Source: an uncultured delta proteobacterium (GTDB taxonomy: Bacteria; Myxococcota; Myxococcia; Myxococcales; Myxococcaceae). From it: a stretch of DNA of 64,000 bases. Below are positions 7,579 to 17,038 of the stretch, one piece after another (within the stretch, counting starts at the first letter, position 1; each line of letters begins with the position of its first letter). Under the pieces are notes generated by a model, which saw only the letters and a program-made list of their open reading frames with translations, was not told where the DNA came from and made no database searches. The DNA lies in assembly GCA_963713045.1 (NCBI GenBank), contig CAVQKE010000004.1, positions 96,001-160,000 of the forward strand. Reading direction: 5' to 3'. The position numbers were made by a program, and so were the translations under genes.

Positions 7579-10041
7579 CTAATCTTTTGCTTTCGCCTTC
7601 GCGTCCCCCACCTTCTTTTGGTCCGCATCTGTCAGTTGTGAGGGGCCCAGGTTGAAAGTGACTTTGTCGATTTTCCCGTTGAAGCGGAACGGCACCTGGT
7701 AGTCCAGGTCGTTGACGCCCGAGCGGGTGTCCACGCCGACATCGAACGTCTCGCAGGGCGGGAGTAGGAAGGGGATGGTCTTCGGAAGTGTCAGCGCACG
7801 GACTTCCTTTCCGTCCACCTTCAACACGCCGGTGCCGCTCTTCGCGATTCCCGGACCGTCATATTTGAAATCAAAGACGATGGTGTGCTTCCCCGTTGTG
7901 AGGGGCGGTGTCCCAATGGGCGCAGCCCACCGGGCCGTGATGAGCATCACCAAGTTGTAGGTGAAGACCGGCTGCCCCTTGAGCAGGTAAAGCCCATAGC
8001 CGCCGAAGCGCCCGCCCTCCGTGACAATCATCCCATCGCCGCCACCGCCGGGGACTTCGACTTCGGCGGTAATCGTGAACGACTTGTTCAGGATGCTCGG
8101 TGCGTTCCCATCCGGAATGCCGACGTTCTCGCCGGAGTAGGTGAACGTTGTCACACCAGCCGTGGCGCTGGGCCGAGGTGCAATGGCTCGCGCAAACTGC
8201 TCGTTGTCCAGCGGCAAGACGTTGTACTTTTTGGCTTCCGTCAGGAAGAGCGCCTGCATCTCCTTGAGCTTGCCCGGCATTTTCGCTGAAAGGTCGTTGG
8301 CCTGCGAGTAGTCCTCGACCAGGTTGTACAGCTCCCACTTGTAGGCGTTGATGTCGCCCATCGGCTTGCCCAACTCCCAGGGCGGGACGGGTGGCGTCGT
8401 ATTCGCGTACCAGCCCTCTTTGTAAATTCCCCGGTTCGCGGCCATCTCGAAGTACTGGACCTTGTGAGTCGAGGGCGCATCCGGGTGGTCGAAGGTGTAG
8501 GCCATGCTGACGCCTTCGATGGGTTTTTGTTTGATGCCGTCGACGGTTTGTGGCGCCTTGATGCCGCTGACTTCAAGGATGGTCGGCACGATGTCAATCA
8601 TGTGATGGAACTGTCGGCGAATTCCGCCGAGGTCCTTAATCCGAGCGGGCCATGAAATGGCCAGCCCCTGGCGCGTCCCGCCGAAGTGCGACGCCACCTG
8701 CTTGGTCCACTTGAAGGGCGTGTCGAAGGCCCAGGCCCAACCAACGGCCATGTGCGGGTACGTCGTGGGCGAGCCCCATTGGTCGTAGTACTCAAGCTGT
8801 GCTTCCACCGGGACGTCTAGGACGCCGTTGTAGGCCGTGAAGACGTTGGGAGTGCCAAGGGTCGACCCCTCGGGACTCGTGCCGTTGTCGCCAACGATGT
8901 AGATGATGAGAGTGTTGTCGAGCTTGCCCATGTCTTGAACCGCTTGGATGACACGGCCAATCTCATAGTCGGTGTACGCGGTGTAGGCGGCGAAGACCTC
9001 GGCCTGCCGCGCGAAGAGCTTCTTCTCGTTGGCCGACAAGGTGTCCCACTTCGCGAGCTGGTCCGGCCACGGGGTGAGTTGCGCGTTGGCCGGAATGACG
9101 CCGAGGCGCTTCTGGTTGGCGAAAATCTGCTCCCGCATGACGTTCCAGCCCATGTCGAACTTGCCCTTGAACTTCTCAATCCACTCCTTCGTTGGCTGGT
9201 GCGGCGCGTGGCTACCGCCGGGGACGTAGTAGACAAAGAAGGGCTTTTCGGGCGCCGCGGCGTTGAGGTCGTTCATGTACCGAATGGCCTCGTCCGCCAT
9301 GTCGGTGATGAGGTTGTAGCCGGGCTTCCCCACCCACGGGTAAATCTGCGTGTGGTCGCGGAACAGATAGGGGGTCCACTGGTCGCTCTCGCCACCCATG
9401 AAGCCGTAGAAGTACTGAAAGCCCATTCCTGACGGCCACTGTTCGTACGGGCCGGCGACGCTGTACTGAAAGCCCGGCGTGTTGTGATTCTTTCCGAACC
9501 ACGAGGTGGCATACCCGTTGTCCTGGAGGATTCGGCCGATGGTCGCGTTGTCCGGGCCGATGATGGAGTCGTAGCCGGGGTATCCGGTGGACAGTTCAGT
9601 AATGACTCCGAAGCCCACCGAGTGATGGTTGCGCCCGGTGATGAGCGCCGCCCGGGTGGGCGAGCACAGGGCGGTGGAGTTGAATTCGGTGTAGCGCAGC
9701 CCTGCTTTGGCAACCCGGTCCAGGGCTGGCGTCGGGATGACGCCACCAAACGTCCCGCTGACGCCATACCCCTGGTCGTCGGTCATGATGAGCAACACGT
9801 TGGGCGCGCCCTTGGGCGGAACAACGCGCGGAGGCCACCAGGGCTTTGAATCCTTGTAGTTCTCCTTGATGACGCCACCGAACTTGGGCGGCGGCGGCGG
9901 AAGCTGCTTTCCGGCGATGGTGGTGGTGGCGCCGGGTGAGCCGAGGACTCCCGTGACTTGCTGGGCGGCAGCCGGTGCAGCGGCTAGCACGGCGGCGAGC
10001 AGAAGCACGGCCGCCCCACCATTTTTCGATTCGCCTTTCAT
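7579..10041 (-). CDS. Arylsulfatase (Cys-type, formylglycine-dependent), exported
   Basis: Signal peptide, PNVLLIMTDD, CSPTRAALITG (CxPxR), GKNH, HAPH, GDNG. ATG 10041 chosen. Confidence 0.93.
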   Translation of the reverse strand: MKGESKNGGAAVLLLAAVLAAAPAAAQQVTGVLGSPGATTTIAGKQLPPPPPKFGGVIKENYKDSKPWWPPRVVPPKGAPNVLLIMTDDQGYGVSGTFGGVIPTPALDRVAKAGLRYTEFNSTALCSPTRAALITGRNHHSVGFGVITELSTGYPGYDSIIGPDNATIGRILQDNGYATSWFGKNHNTPGFQYSVAGPYEQWPSGMGFQYFYGFMGGESDQWTPYLFRDHTQIYPWVGKPGYNLITDMADEAIRYMNDLNAAAPEKPFFVYYVPGGSHAPHQPTKEWIEKFKGKFDMGWNVMREQIFANQKRLGVIPANAQLTPWPDQLAKWDTLSANEKKLFARQAEVFAAYTAYTDYEIGRVIQAVQDMGKLDNTLIIYIVGDNGTSPEGSTLGTPNVFTAYNGVLDVPVEAQLEYYDQWGSPTTYPHMAVGWAWAFDTPFKWTKQVASHFGGTRQGLAISWPARIKDLGGIRRQFHHMIDIVPTILEVSGIKAPQTVDGIKQKPIEGVSMAYTFDHPDAPSTHKVQYFEMAANRGIYKEGWYANTTPPVPPWELGKPMGDINAYKWELYNLVEDYSQANDLSAKMPGKLKEMQALFLTEAKKYNVLPLDNEQFARAIAPRPSATAGVTTFTYSGENVGIPDGNAPSILNKSFTITAEVEVPGGGGDGMIVTEGGRFGGYGLYLLKGQPVFTYNLVMLITARWAAPIGTPPLTTGKHTIVFDFKYDGPGIAKSGTGVLKVDGKEVRALTLPKTIPFLLPPCETFDVGVDTRSGVNDLDYQVPFRFNGKIDKVTFNLGPSQLTDADQKKVGDAKAKAKD

Positions 10042-10807
10042 CCGCGGTGCCCTTTCTGAAGCGAAGGTCAACGAGAGGCCTCGCCGTCCGAAAACAGACG
10101 CCGACAACCTCGTTCCACTGCTCAAGTGATGGGATGCCGAGCTTTCAAAGCGACCAACTCGGGTCTTCCCCCCTCGGGACGGAGACTTGCTTAGACGTTT
10201 TCTCGGTGCACCTCCAGCCGGAACGTCCGCAGGGCGTAACCATCCACACCACGGCAGTTGAACTGCCCGCCTTCGAGTGACGGAAAGTGGACTGACCTCA
10301 GTCGGCGCCAGCAGGAGGTCTTGGAGCCTGGGAAAGGCGGCCGAACCGGCGGCTGACCACCGAGCCAGTCAGTGCCCGCCGCGACGACGCCCTAGCGCAG
10401 GGAGGCGGTCGCCTGCAGGCATTGAGACAACGGCGCAGCCTCGCCGGCGGCGTCCAGTCCCGGCGCCCACCGAGGCAGCATGGACCGGAGCCCCTCGTAC
10501 AGCCACACGGCAGCGATGATGCGCTCCCACGTGCCTCGGCTTCTCTGACCCCCACTGGGGGCCTCCTCGCAGCGGCTTCGCCTGGCCGGCGTGACGCCCG
10601 TTAGCACGTCCCATGCCGAAGCCGGCCCCCCCTGGACACCTTGAGCCGCCCCGACCCTTGCGGAAGGGGCGACTTCCCAGGCCAATCCAACGGAGCCCAT
10701 TCCCGCTCTGGCAGCGCTGCCGCATAACATTGGTCCCGAAGTGACCTGGTGAGGGAGCGGCCGAACCGGCGATGGTTTCTGGGCAAGGTGCTCGAGGAGT
10801 TTCGGCG

Positions 10808-11518
10808 ATGAGAGTGTTTCCTGCCCTGGAGTTGCGCGAGGGGAGCTGTGTGCAGCTGGAGGCCGGCTCCTTCGAAGCCGAGCGCTTGCGGTTGCCGCGA
10901 CCCGTGGAAGTGGCACGGCGCTGGCTGCAGCTGGGCCTTCGAGGCCTGCACCTGGTGGACCTCGACGCACTCAGCGACCGAGGCAGCAACGCCGGCGTGG
11001 TGGAGCAAGTGCTGCAGCTGCCCGGCGTTGAGGCCCAAGTCGGAGGCGGTGTCCGGGAAGAGGGCACCATTCGCCATTGGCTCGAGGCTGGCGCACGGCG
11101 TGTCATTTTGGGCACGCGGGCCATGGAAGACCGAAATTGGCTGGAGCAGATGGCCTTTCAATTTCCCGACCGTCTCGTCGTCGCGGCCGATGCCCGAGGG
11201 CGTCAGGTGGTGACGCACGGGTGGAGTCGGACGCTCGACCAAGACGTGGCCGCCCTGGTCGCTTCCTTGGACGTCTTGCCCCTGGCGGCCGTGCTGGTGA
11301 CGGCCGTCCACCGAGAAGGCCGTCTGCAGGGGACGGACGTCGCCCTCCTTGAAGAGTTGGTGGGCATCACCCGTCACCCCCTTCAGGCTGCCGGTGGCAT
11401 TTCTTCCCTCGAAGAGTTGCGGCAGCTGGACAAGGTGGGCGTGTCGGTGGCCATTCTGGGCATGGCGCTCTACACCGGTCTGCTGGACGGGGCGACCCTG
11501 GCCAAAGAATTCCCCTAA
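10808..11518 (+). CDS. hisA: HisA/HisF-like TIM-barrel protein (ProFAR isomerase family), stand-alone copy
   Basis: LHLVDLDA, QVGGGVR, RVILGT, AAGGISS and ILGMALYTG motifs. The expected catalytic Asp positions read Glu. Confidence 0.75.
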   Translation: MRVFPALELREGSCVQLEAGSFEAERLRLPRPVEVARRWLQLGLRGLHLVDLDALSDRGSNAGVVEQVLQLPGVEAQVGGGVREEGTIRHWLEAGARRVILGTRAMEDRNWLEQMAFQFPDRLVVAADARGRQVVTHGWSRTLDQDVAALVASLDVLPLAAVLVTAVHREGRLQGTDVALLEELVGITRHPLQAAGGISSLEELRQLDKVGVSVAILGMALYTGLLDGATLAKEFP

Positions 11519-11589
11519 GTGCTGGATGAGGCGCGGGGCGGCCTACAGACCCTGGGTGGGAAAGCGTACCGGCGCGCCCCTCGCGGCAG

Positions 11590-13212
11590 TTAACCCTCGA
11601 GGTCGTCCTCTGATGGCGCGATGTAGTGCGTCACTTGGGGGGCGCCGTCGGTGTGGAAATGGTCGACCGCGTCCTGCACGGCGCGGTCTGCGTTGGTGAC
11701 GCGCTGGTGCTGGCGCAGGTGCTCGAGCCAGGAGTCCGAAAAGAAAGTTTCGATGAAGTGCCCCGCTTGCGCAGTGTCTTCGTAGACGCCCCAGTTGAAG
11801 CCCCCATCCCGCCGGCGCTCCGCCGCGAGTTGGGAAATCGCCGCCAGGAAAGGGCGGCGGTCCTCGGGCTTCACCACATACTCCACCGTCACCAGAACCG
11901 GCCCGCGCTCCTCCTCTGCACCCTCGAAGAGAATGGGCTCGGGCCAGTGCATGGAGGGCGTGAGGTCAAGGCAAGCTCCGCTGTGCACTTTGAAGCGCGC
12001 CAGCAGCGGAATGGCGGCCAAGCTACCGCCGGCGGCGACCAGGTGCGCCATGGGGAGGCCCCAACTCGACGCGACCTGACCCCAGAGCGCGCTGCCCACT
12101 GTCATCGCGCCGAACAGCACCATCGCAAACACTGCGAGACCTCGGCCGCGCACCCAGGCCGGTAAGGAGAGCTGGGCGGAGACGTTGAGGGTTGCCAGGA
12201 CGGTTATCCACGAAAGGCCTGCTAACAGGCTCCCGGCGAGCGCCAGCGCTGGGGCGTGGGCGACAGCGAACAGCACCAACGCCCCCGCGGTGCCGACCGT
12301 GCCGAGGAGGACCAGCTGGTCGGGCCCGAGCGCCCGCTTGAGCGCGGGAAGCGCGAAGGCGCCGATGATGGCGCCGAGCCCGATGGCCCCGAGCAGCAGG
12401 CCGTACAGGGCAGCCCCGCCGCCCAACTGCTGCCGAGCCACCAGCGGGAGGAGGGCCCAGTACGCGCTGGCGAAGAGAAAAAACGCCGCAGCGCGGACCA
12501 CGGTGGAGCGAAGGTTTGGGCTGTGCCAGGCGTAGCGCACCCCGACGCGGACCGCTCGCAGCAGGGACTCCGGCGGTAGCTTGCTGGCCGGCGACTTCGG
12601 CGGCGACCACCAGAGGAGTGCCGCCACCACCGCCAGGTTGCTCAACGCGTTGAGCCAAAAGGGCGCGGCGATTCCCCAGTCGAGGATGATGAGGCCGGCC
12701 AGCGCCGGGCCAATGGCACGACTGATGTTGATGCCGACGCTGTTGAGGGCCACCGCAGCGGGCAGTTCCTCCCTCGGTACGAGTTGCGGCACCGCCGCTT
12801 GCCAGGCCGGCGTGGCCAGGGCCTCGGCGACCCCCGACAGGAAGAGAAAGGCAAGCAGGCTCGCCGGAGTGACGCGGTTGAGGCGCACCAACACGGCAAA
12901 CACCACCGTCAGAAGTGTCCCGATGACTTCCATCGCGAGCAAAAGGCGACGCCGGTTGAAGACGTCGGCCAGCGCTCCGGCGGGCAGCACGAAGAGAAAC
13001 ATCGGCAGGTAGCTCGCCACCTGCACCCACGCCACCAACCGGGCATCGGGGGTGAGTTCGGTCATCAGCCAGCCAGCGGCTGCGCTCTGCAGCCAGCCAC
13101 CGATGTTGGAGACCACCGTCGCGGTCCACACCACGGTGAAAACTCGGTGTCGAAATGGGCTGAGCGGTCCGCCGCCTTTCGCCGAAACCACAGTGGAACC
13201 TTGTCCTGTCAC
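11590..13212 (-). CDS. MFS transporter (MFS_3-like) with a C-terminal soluble ABM-like domain
   Basis: 12 TM pattern, AGALADVFNRRRL motif A, NISRAIGPALAG, and C-terminal GPVLVTVEY...WLEHLRQHQR. Start uncertain (13212-13281). Confidence 0.88.
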   Translation of the reverse strand: MTGQGSTVVSAKGGGPLSPFRHRVFTVVWTATVVSNIGGWLQSAAAGWLMTELTPDARLVAWVQVASYLPMFLFVLPAGALADVFNRRRLLLAMEVIGTLLTVVFAVLVRLNRVTPASLLAFLFLSGVAEALATPAWQAAVPQLVPREELPAAVALNSVGINISRAIGPALAGLIILDWGIAAPFWLNALSNLAVVAALLWWSPPKSPASKLPPESLLRAVRVGVRYAWHSPNLRSTVVRAAAFFLFASAYWALLPLVARQQLGGGAALYGLLLGAIGLGAIIGAFALPALKRALGPDQLVLLGTVGTAGALVLFAVAHAPALALAGSLLAGLSWITVLATLNVSAQLSLPAWVRGRGLAVFAMVLFGAMTVGSALWGQVASSWGLPMAHLVAAGGSLAAIPLLARFKVHSGACLDLTPSMHWPEPILFEGAEEERGPVLVTVEYVVKPEDRRPFLAAISQLAAERRRDGGFNWGVYEDTAQAGHFIETFFSDSWLEHLRQHQRVTNADRAVQDAVDHFHTDGAPQVTHYIAPSEDDLEG

Positions 13213-13350
13213 CGACTGGGGCTCCCCGGGGGCCCTCGCCCCTGGCAACACACTGGCGGCGCTTGCGCCCGCCGAAGGCAAACCTTACACCTCGTCTCCG
13301 GGGTCCATTTCCAGCGCGGAATTGCCCCTCGCGGCTTGGGAGGATTCACC

Positions 13351-14259
13351 ATGGCTAGTCCGGACGAAGGTTGGCCGAAGCTCGACTACGAGGCCAGCAA
13401 AGACACACTGGAGGCTCTCCATTTGCAGTCTCAAGTGCTGGGCAAAGTGAAGCTGGCGCTGACCACCCCGGCTCCCGAATGGCAGAACGTGCCGCTGTTT
13501 GTGAATGCGAGCGGCCTCACCACGGGCTTATTGCGCGCCGGAGAGGTCGGCCTGGAGTTGGCCTTTGACCTCGTCCGTCAGCAGCTGCTCATCTCGACCA
13601 CCGACGGCCGGCGCGACGGTTTCGAACTGAAGGCGCGCCCGTTGCGGGCCTTCACGGCCGAGGTGCGGGCCGCCCTCGGGCGGTTGAAGGTCAAGGTCGA
13701 CTTCACGCCCATGACGGTGGAAGTTCCCAAGCCCGTCAACCTTGACGAGTTCGAGGGCTGCAACGTCTATCAGCCGGATGTCACAAACCGACTGTTCCGC
13801 ATTTTGGCAAGCAACGCGTTGGTGTTCGAGGACTTCCGTGCCGGGTTTTGGGGAAAGCAGGGTCCGGTGAGCTTTTTCTGGGGCACGTTTGATTTGGCGG
13901 TGGCTCGCTTCAACCTGGTCCCTCTTCCACCGGCGCCCCAGCTGGGACGCATCTACCGGGTGGCGATGGACTCGCAACAGTTTGAGGTTGGCTTTTGGTC
14001 AGGCAATGAGAAGTACCCTCGGCCGGCCTACTACGCCTTTACCTTTCCCAAGCCGGCGGGCCTGGAAAAGGCCTCGGTGCGTCCCGCGGCGGCGCGCTGG
14101 AACGACGCCCTCGGCGAATTTCTTCTGGACTACGACCAGGTGCAGCAGTCCTCCGACCGACGCTCGCTGGTGCTCGAATTTGCCAACACCACCTATGCGG
14201 CCGGAGCGGAGCTGTGTGGCTGGGACCGGTCAATTCTGGAGCGTCGGCCGCCGCTGTAG
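13351..14259 (+). CDS. Conserved hypothetical protein (DUF5996-like)
   Basis: GGAGG SD plus ATG; WPKLDY, LHLQSQVLGKVKL, FFWGTFDLAVARF, GFWSG, PAYYAF, LGEFLLDY. Confidence 0.75.
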   Translation: MASPDEGWPKLDYEASKDTLEALHLQSQVLGKVKLALTTPAPEWQNVPLFVNASGLTTGLLRAGEVGLELAFDLVRQQLLISTTDGRRDGFELKARPLRAFTAEVRAALGRLKVKVDFTPMTVEVPKPVNLDEFEGCNVYQPDVTNRLFRILASNALVFEDFRAGFWGKQGPVSFFWGTFDLAVARFNLVPLPPAPQLGRIYRVAMDSQQFEVGFWSGNEKYPRPAYYAFTFPKPAGLEKASVRPAAARWNDALGEFLLDYDQVQQSSDRRSLVLEFANTTYAAGAELCGWDRSILERRPPL

Positions 14260-14295
14260 CGCCTCCGCCTACCCCCGCTGTGAGGAGAGGCTTCA

Positions 14296-15267
14296 GTGAA
14301 AGCAATCCAAATTCAAAGCTTCGGCGCGGTGAGTGGGCTGAAGCTGGTCGACCTCCCGGACCCGGTGTCTACGCCGAACACGGCGGTCGTCCGGGTGGAA
14401 GCTGCGTCCATCAATCCGAGTGACGTGAAGAATGTGCAGGGCGCGATGAAGCAAACCACGCTGCCGCGGGTGCCGGGGCGCGACTATGCCGGCGTCGTGG
14501 AGGCCGGGCCGCCCGAATGGTTGGGAGTCGAGGTGTGGGGGACGGGGGGCGACGTCGGCTTTACGAGAGACGGAACGCAGGCCCAGAAGCTGGCAGTGCC
14601 GGTGGCGAGCCTTCGTCGCAAACCGGCGCGGTTGAGTTTCGAGGAGGCGGCATGCACCGGTGTCAATTACCTGGCCGCCTGGCTTGGGGTGGTGGATGCA
14701 GCGCGGCTCCAACGGGGGGAGACGTTGGCCATTCTGGGCGCAGGCGGGGGCGTCGGTGGGGCGGCGGCGCTCATTGGCAAGCGGCTCGGTGCGCACGTCA
14801 TCGGCCTGGACAGTCGTGAGCCGCACCCCGAGGCGGCCATTCGCGCCGTCGCGGACGCCCTGGTCATTGGTGCGCCCGACCCGACGGCTGCCATTCGCGG
14901 CGCCACCGGAGGTCGGGGAGCGGACGTCGTCTTCGATGCGGTGGGCGGCGTCCTCTTCCGTCCGGCACTGGCCATGCTGGCGCACCTTGGCCGGCTGGTG
15001 GAAATCTCCTCGACGGGAACTCGCGAGGTGACCTTCAACCTGGTCGACTTTTACCACAACGAGAGCCGCCTCTTTGGGGTGGACACCTTGAAGCGTGACC
15101 TGGTCGCCTCCGCCGTGGTGCTCGGGGCCTTGGCCGAGGGCTTTGACGCGGGCGACTACCGCCCAGCTCCCATCTCCGCACGCTTCGGATTGAGTGAGGC
15201 CGTTGCTGCTTATCGCCTCGTCGCCGACGGCAGCCCTGGGCGGGTGGTGCTTCTCCCGGAGAAGTAA
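14296..15267 (+). CDS. MDR-family NADPH:quinone oxidoreductase / zinc-binding ADH-like protein
   Basis: AASINPSD, PGRDYAG, GAGGGVG nucleotide-binding loop, GADVVFDAVGG, GRVVL. Confidence 0.9.
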   Translation: MKAIQIQSFGAVSGLKLVDLPDPVSTPNTAVVRVEAASINPSDVKNVQGAMKQTTLPRVPGRDYAGVVEAGPPEWLGVEVWGTGGDVGFTRDGTQAQKLAVPVASLRRKPARLSFEEAACTGVNYLAAWLGVVDAARLQRGETLAILGAGGGVGGAAALIGKRLGAHVIGLDSREPHPEAAIRAVADALVIGAPDPTAAIRGATGGRGADVVFDAVGGVLFRPALAMLAHLGRLVEISSTGTREVTFNLVDFYHNESRLFGVDTLKRDLVASAVVLGALAEGFDAGDYRPAPISARFGLSEAVAAYRLVADGSPGRVVLLPEK

Positions 15268-15339
15268 AAATGCGATGGAGTGTTTGGACCGGCCCGACGG
15301 GGCGGTCGTCGCTCCAGGGGGTGATACGCACCACTGTTG

Positions 15340-16896
15340 CTAGAGAGATGCGCCTTCCACGACTTGCACTGTCGGCACTTCCTCTGGATTCAACTGCCAA
15401 AACCGCGCGCGAAGCCAACCGAGGAACACGGTGGCCGTCGCGATGGTGGTGACCGCCGAAACCACCGGGAACACCGTTGCCGCCCGCGGCAAGGCGAGCG
15501 AAAATTCTGTGCTGACCGACGCGGCGACCGCCCAAACCCACCACCGCCGCCACGCCGGAGGACAGCTCAGACCGAAGAAGGGGAGAGCGCTCATCAGGTA
15601 CCAGGACTGAAACTTCGGGCTCGCCAACGTCACCAGAGCCACGACCAGCGCCCCGGTGGCAAAGGCCAGCCCTTTCTCGTCGTAGCCCCGCATCAGGCCT
15701 CGGGCGAGCGCGACAATCGCCACCAGCGCCAACAGCTGCATGAAAGTCTGGGCGACCTGCCTGATGACCGCCCGCACTTGCAGGTTCTCACCGACGGCCT
15801 CCGGGGTGAGAGGGTCCGGGTGGAACCGGTCGTCGCCTCGCAAGATGCGGACTGCGCCGTCAATACAGTCCACCACCGGGCTGCGGGACCAACTGCTTGA
15901 CGGCCCGGTCTCGTGCAGAGGGGCCACCAGAGTGGCTGGTCCCCGCCAGAAGGGCGCGTAGAACGCGGCACCCAGGACGACCAGGGACACCATGAGGAGA
16001 GCCCCCCTGCGGCGTCGCTGCGCCTGGGTGAGGGTCCCCGATAGCCAAAACCATGGAAGGGTGAATCCAAAATTCCACTTGGAGAGGGTGGCCAAGGACC
16101 AAGCGGTCGCTCCACCGAGCCCACTGGCCCGGCCTCGCATCAGCAGCCCAGCGGTGATGAGGAGGACTCCCACCAGGTCGGGGTGCAGCTGACCGGGCCC
16201 CTCCATCAGAAAGAGAGGGTTGAGCCAGAGCAGGACATGAAACAGCGGCCGGCCGCTAAAAATTCGGAACGAAATCTCCATCAGGACGGCCAGCGGCACA
16301 AGCCATCCCAGCTTCAGAAACAATTCGGCCAGCCAAGGATTGCTTCCTCCGAGGACACTCGGCCATGCCGCCACGAGACTGACCGGGCCATAGGGACTGG
16401 GACTCATGCGCCAGCGCTCACCAATCCAGGAAAACCAGGGGCTGCTGGGGAAGGAGTGCGCCGAGGTGTAGACGTCGTGGCCCTGGCTGGACAGAGAAGC
16501 GTGGGCGAAGAGGCTGAAGATGTCGTTGCTGAGGAGTGGCAACATCCAGGCAACGACAAACAGCCCGACAAAGGCCAACCGCCGTGGACGTTCGGGAGGT
16601 CGGGCGACCATCTCTGCCCAGCCAGAAACGGCCAGCCCCCAGCCGATGAACATCGCCAGAAGCAGCAGCGTGCCAAACCTCTCGGAGGGGTAATTCTCAT
16701 CAATCTTGAGCGAGCCTGTACCGAGACAGCGCGCCCAAGAGCAGAGCGTGAGCGTCGTCAGGCCGAGGAGCCAGCGAATCCAGTCTGGTCGAAGAGAGCG
16801 GGCAAGGCGGCCCATCGCGGTGACTCGGAAGGCTTGGAGCGTCTTCCCCCTTGGGAGCCAATAACCTTCGGGGGAGGTTTCATCCACCACTTTCAT
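15340..16896 (-). CDS. GT-C integral membrane glycosyltransferase (MptA/GT87-like)
   Basis: Many TM segments; PLLSNDIF, SPSPYGP, LWLNPLFL and WYL motifs typical of polyprenyl-sugar-dependent transferases. Start uncertain. Confidence 0.65.
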   Translation of the reverse strand: MKVVDETSPEGYWLPRGKTLQAFRVTAMGRLARSLRPDWIRWLLGLTTLTLCSWARCLGTGSLKIDENYPSERFGTLLLLAMFIGWGLAVSGWAEMVARPPERPRRLAFVGLFVVAWMLPLLSNDIFSLFAHASLSSQGHDVYTSAHSFPSSPWFSWIGERWRMSPSPYGPVSLVAAWPSVLGGSNPWLAELFLKLGWLVPLAVLMEISFRIFSGRPLFHVLLWLNPLFLMEGPGQLHPDLVGVLLITAGLLMRGRASGLGGATAWSLATLSKWNFGFTLPWFWLSGTLTQAQRRRRGALLMVSLVVLGAAFYAPFWRGPATLVAPLHETGPSSSWSRSPVVDCIDGAVRILRGDDRFHPDPLTPEAVGENLQVRAVIRQVAQTFMQLLALVAIVALARGLMRGYDEKGLAFATGALVVALVTLASPKFQSWYLMSALPFFGLSCPPAWRRWWVWAVAASVSTEFSLALPRAATVFPVVSAVTTIATATVFLGWLRARFWQLNPEEVPTVQVVEGASL

Positions 16897-17038
16897 GGCT
16901 CGCTCGCCAGGGGGAGCCACTTCAGCAGGGACTTTCTCTCGACGGATGCCTGCGGAGACCTAGGGGGTCTGCGCGCCCGGGAGAGATGGGAGCGCGGACC
17001 TCGAAGCGCAAGCCCGGCTTTCAATCTGGGGCGGCCAA

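Noticed and set aside
10337..10771. 15-bp direct repeat GCGGCCGAACCGGCG at 10337 and 10757
   Set aside because: Very GC-rich and only two copies, so plausible by chance in 64 kb; no mobile-element gene between them.
10731..10796. ZMP/ZTP-riboswitch-like words (GTGAC.TGG, GGGAGCG, CTGGGCA) upstream of the hisA-like gene
   Set aside because: I could not form P2, the P3 stem or the pseudoknot pairing; likely coincidental. A cmscan run would settle it.
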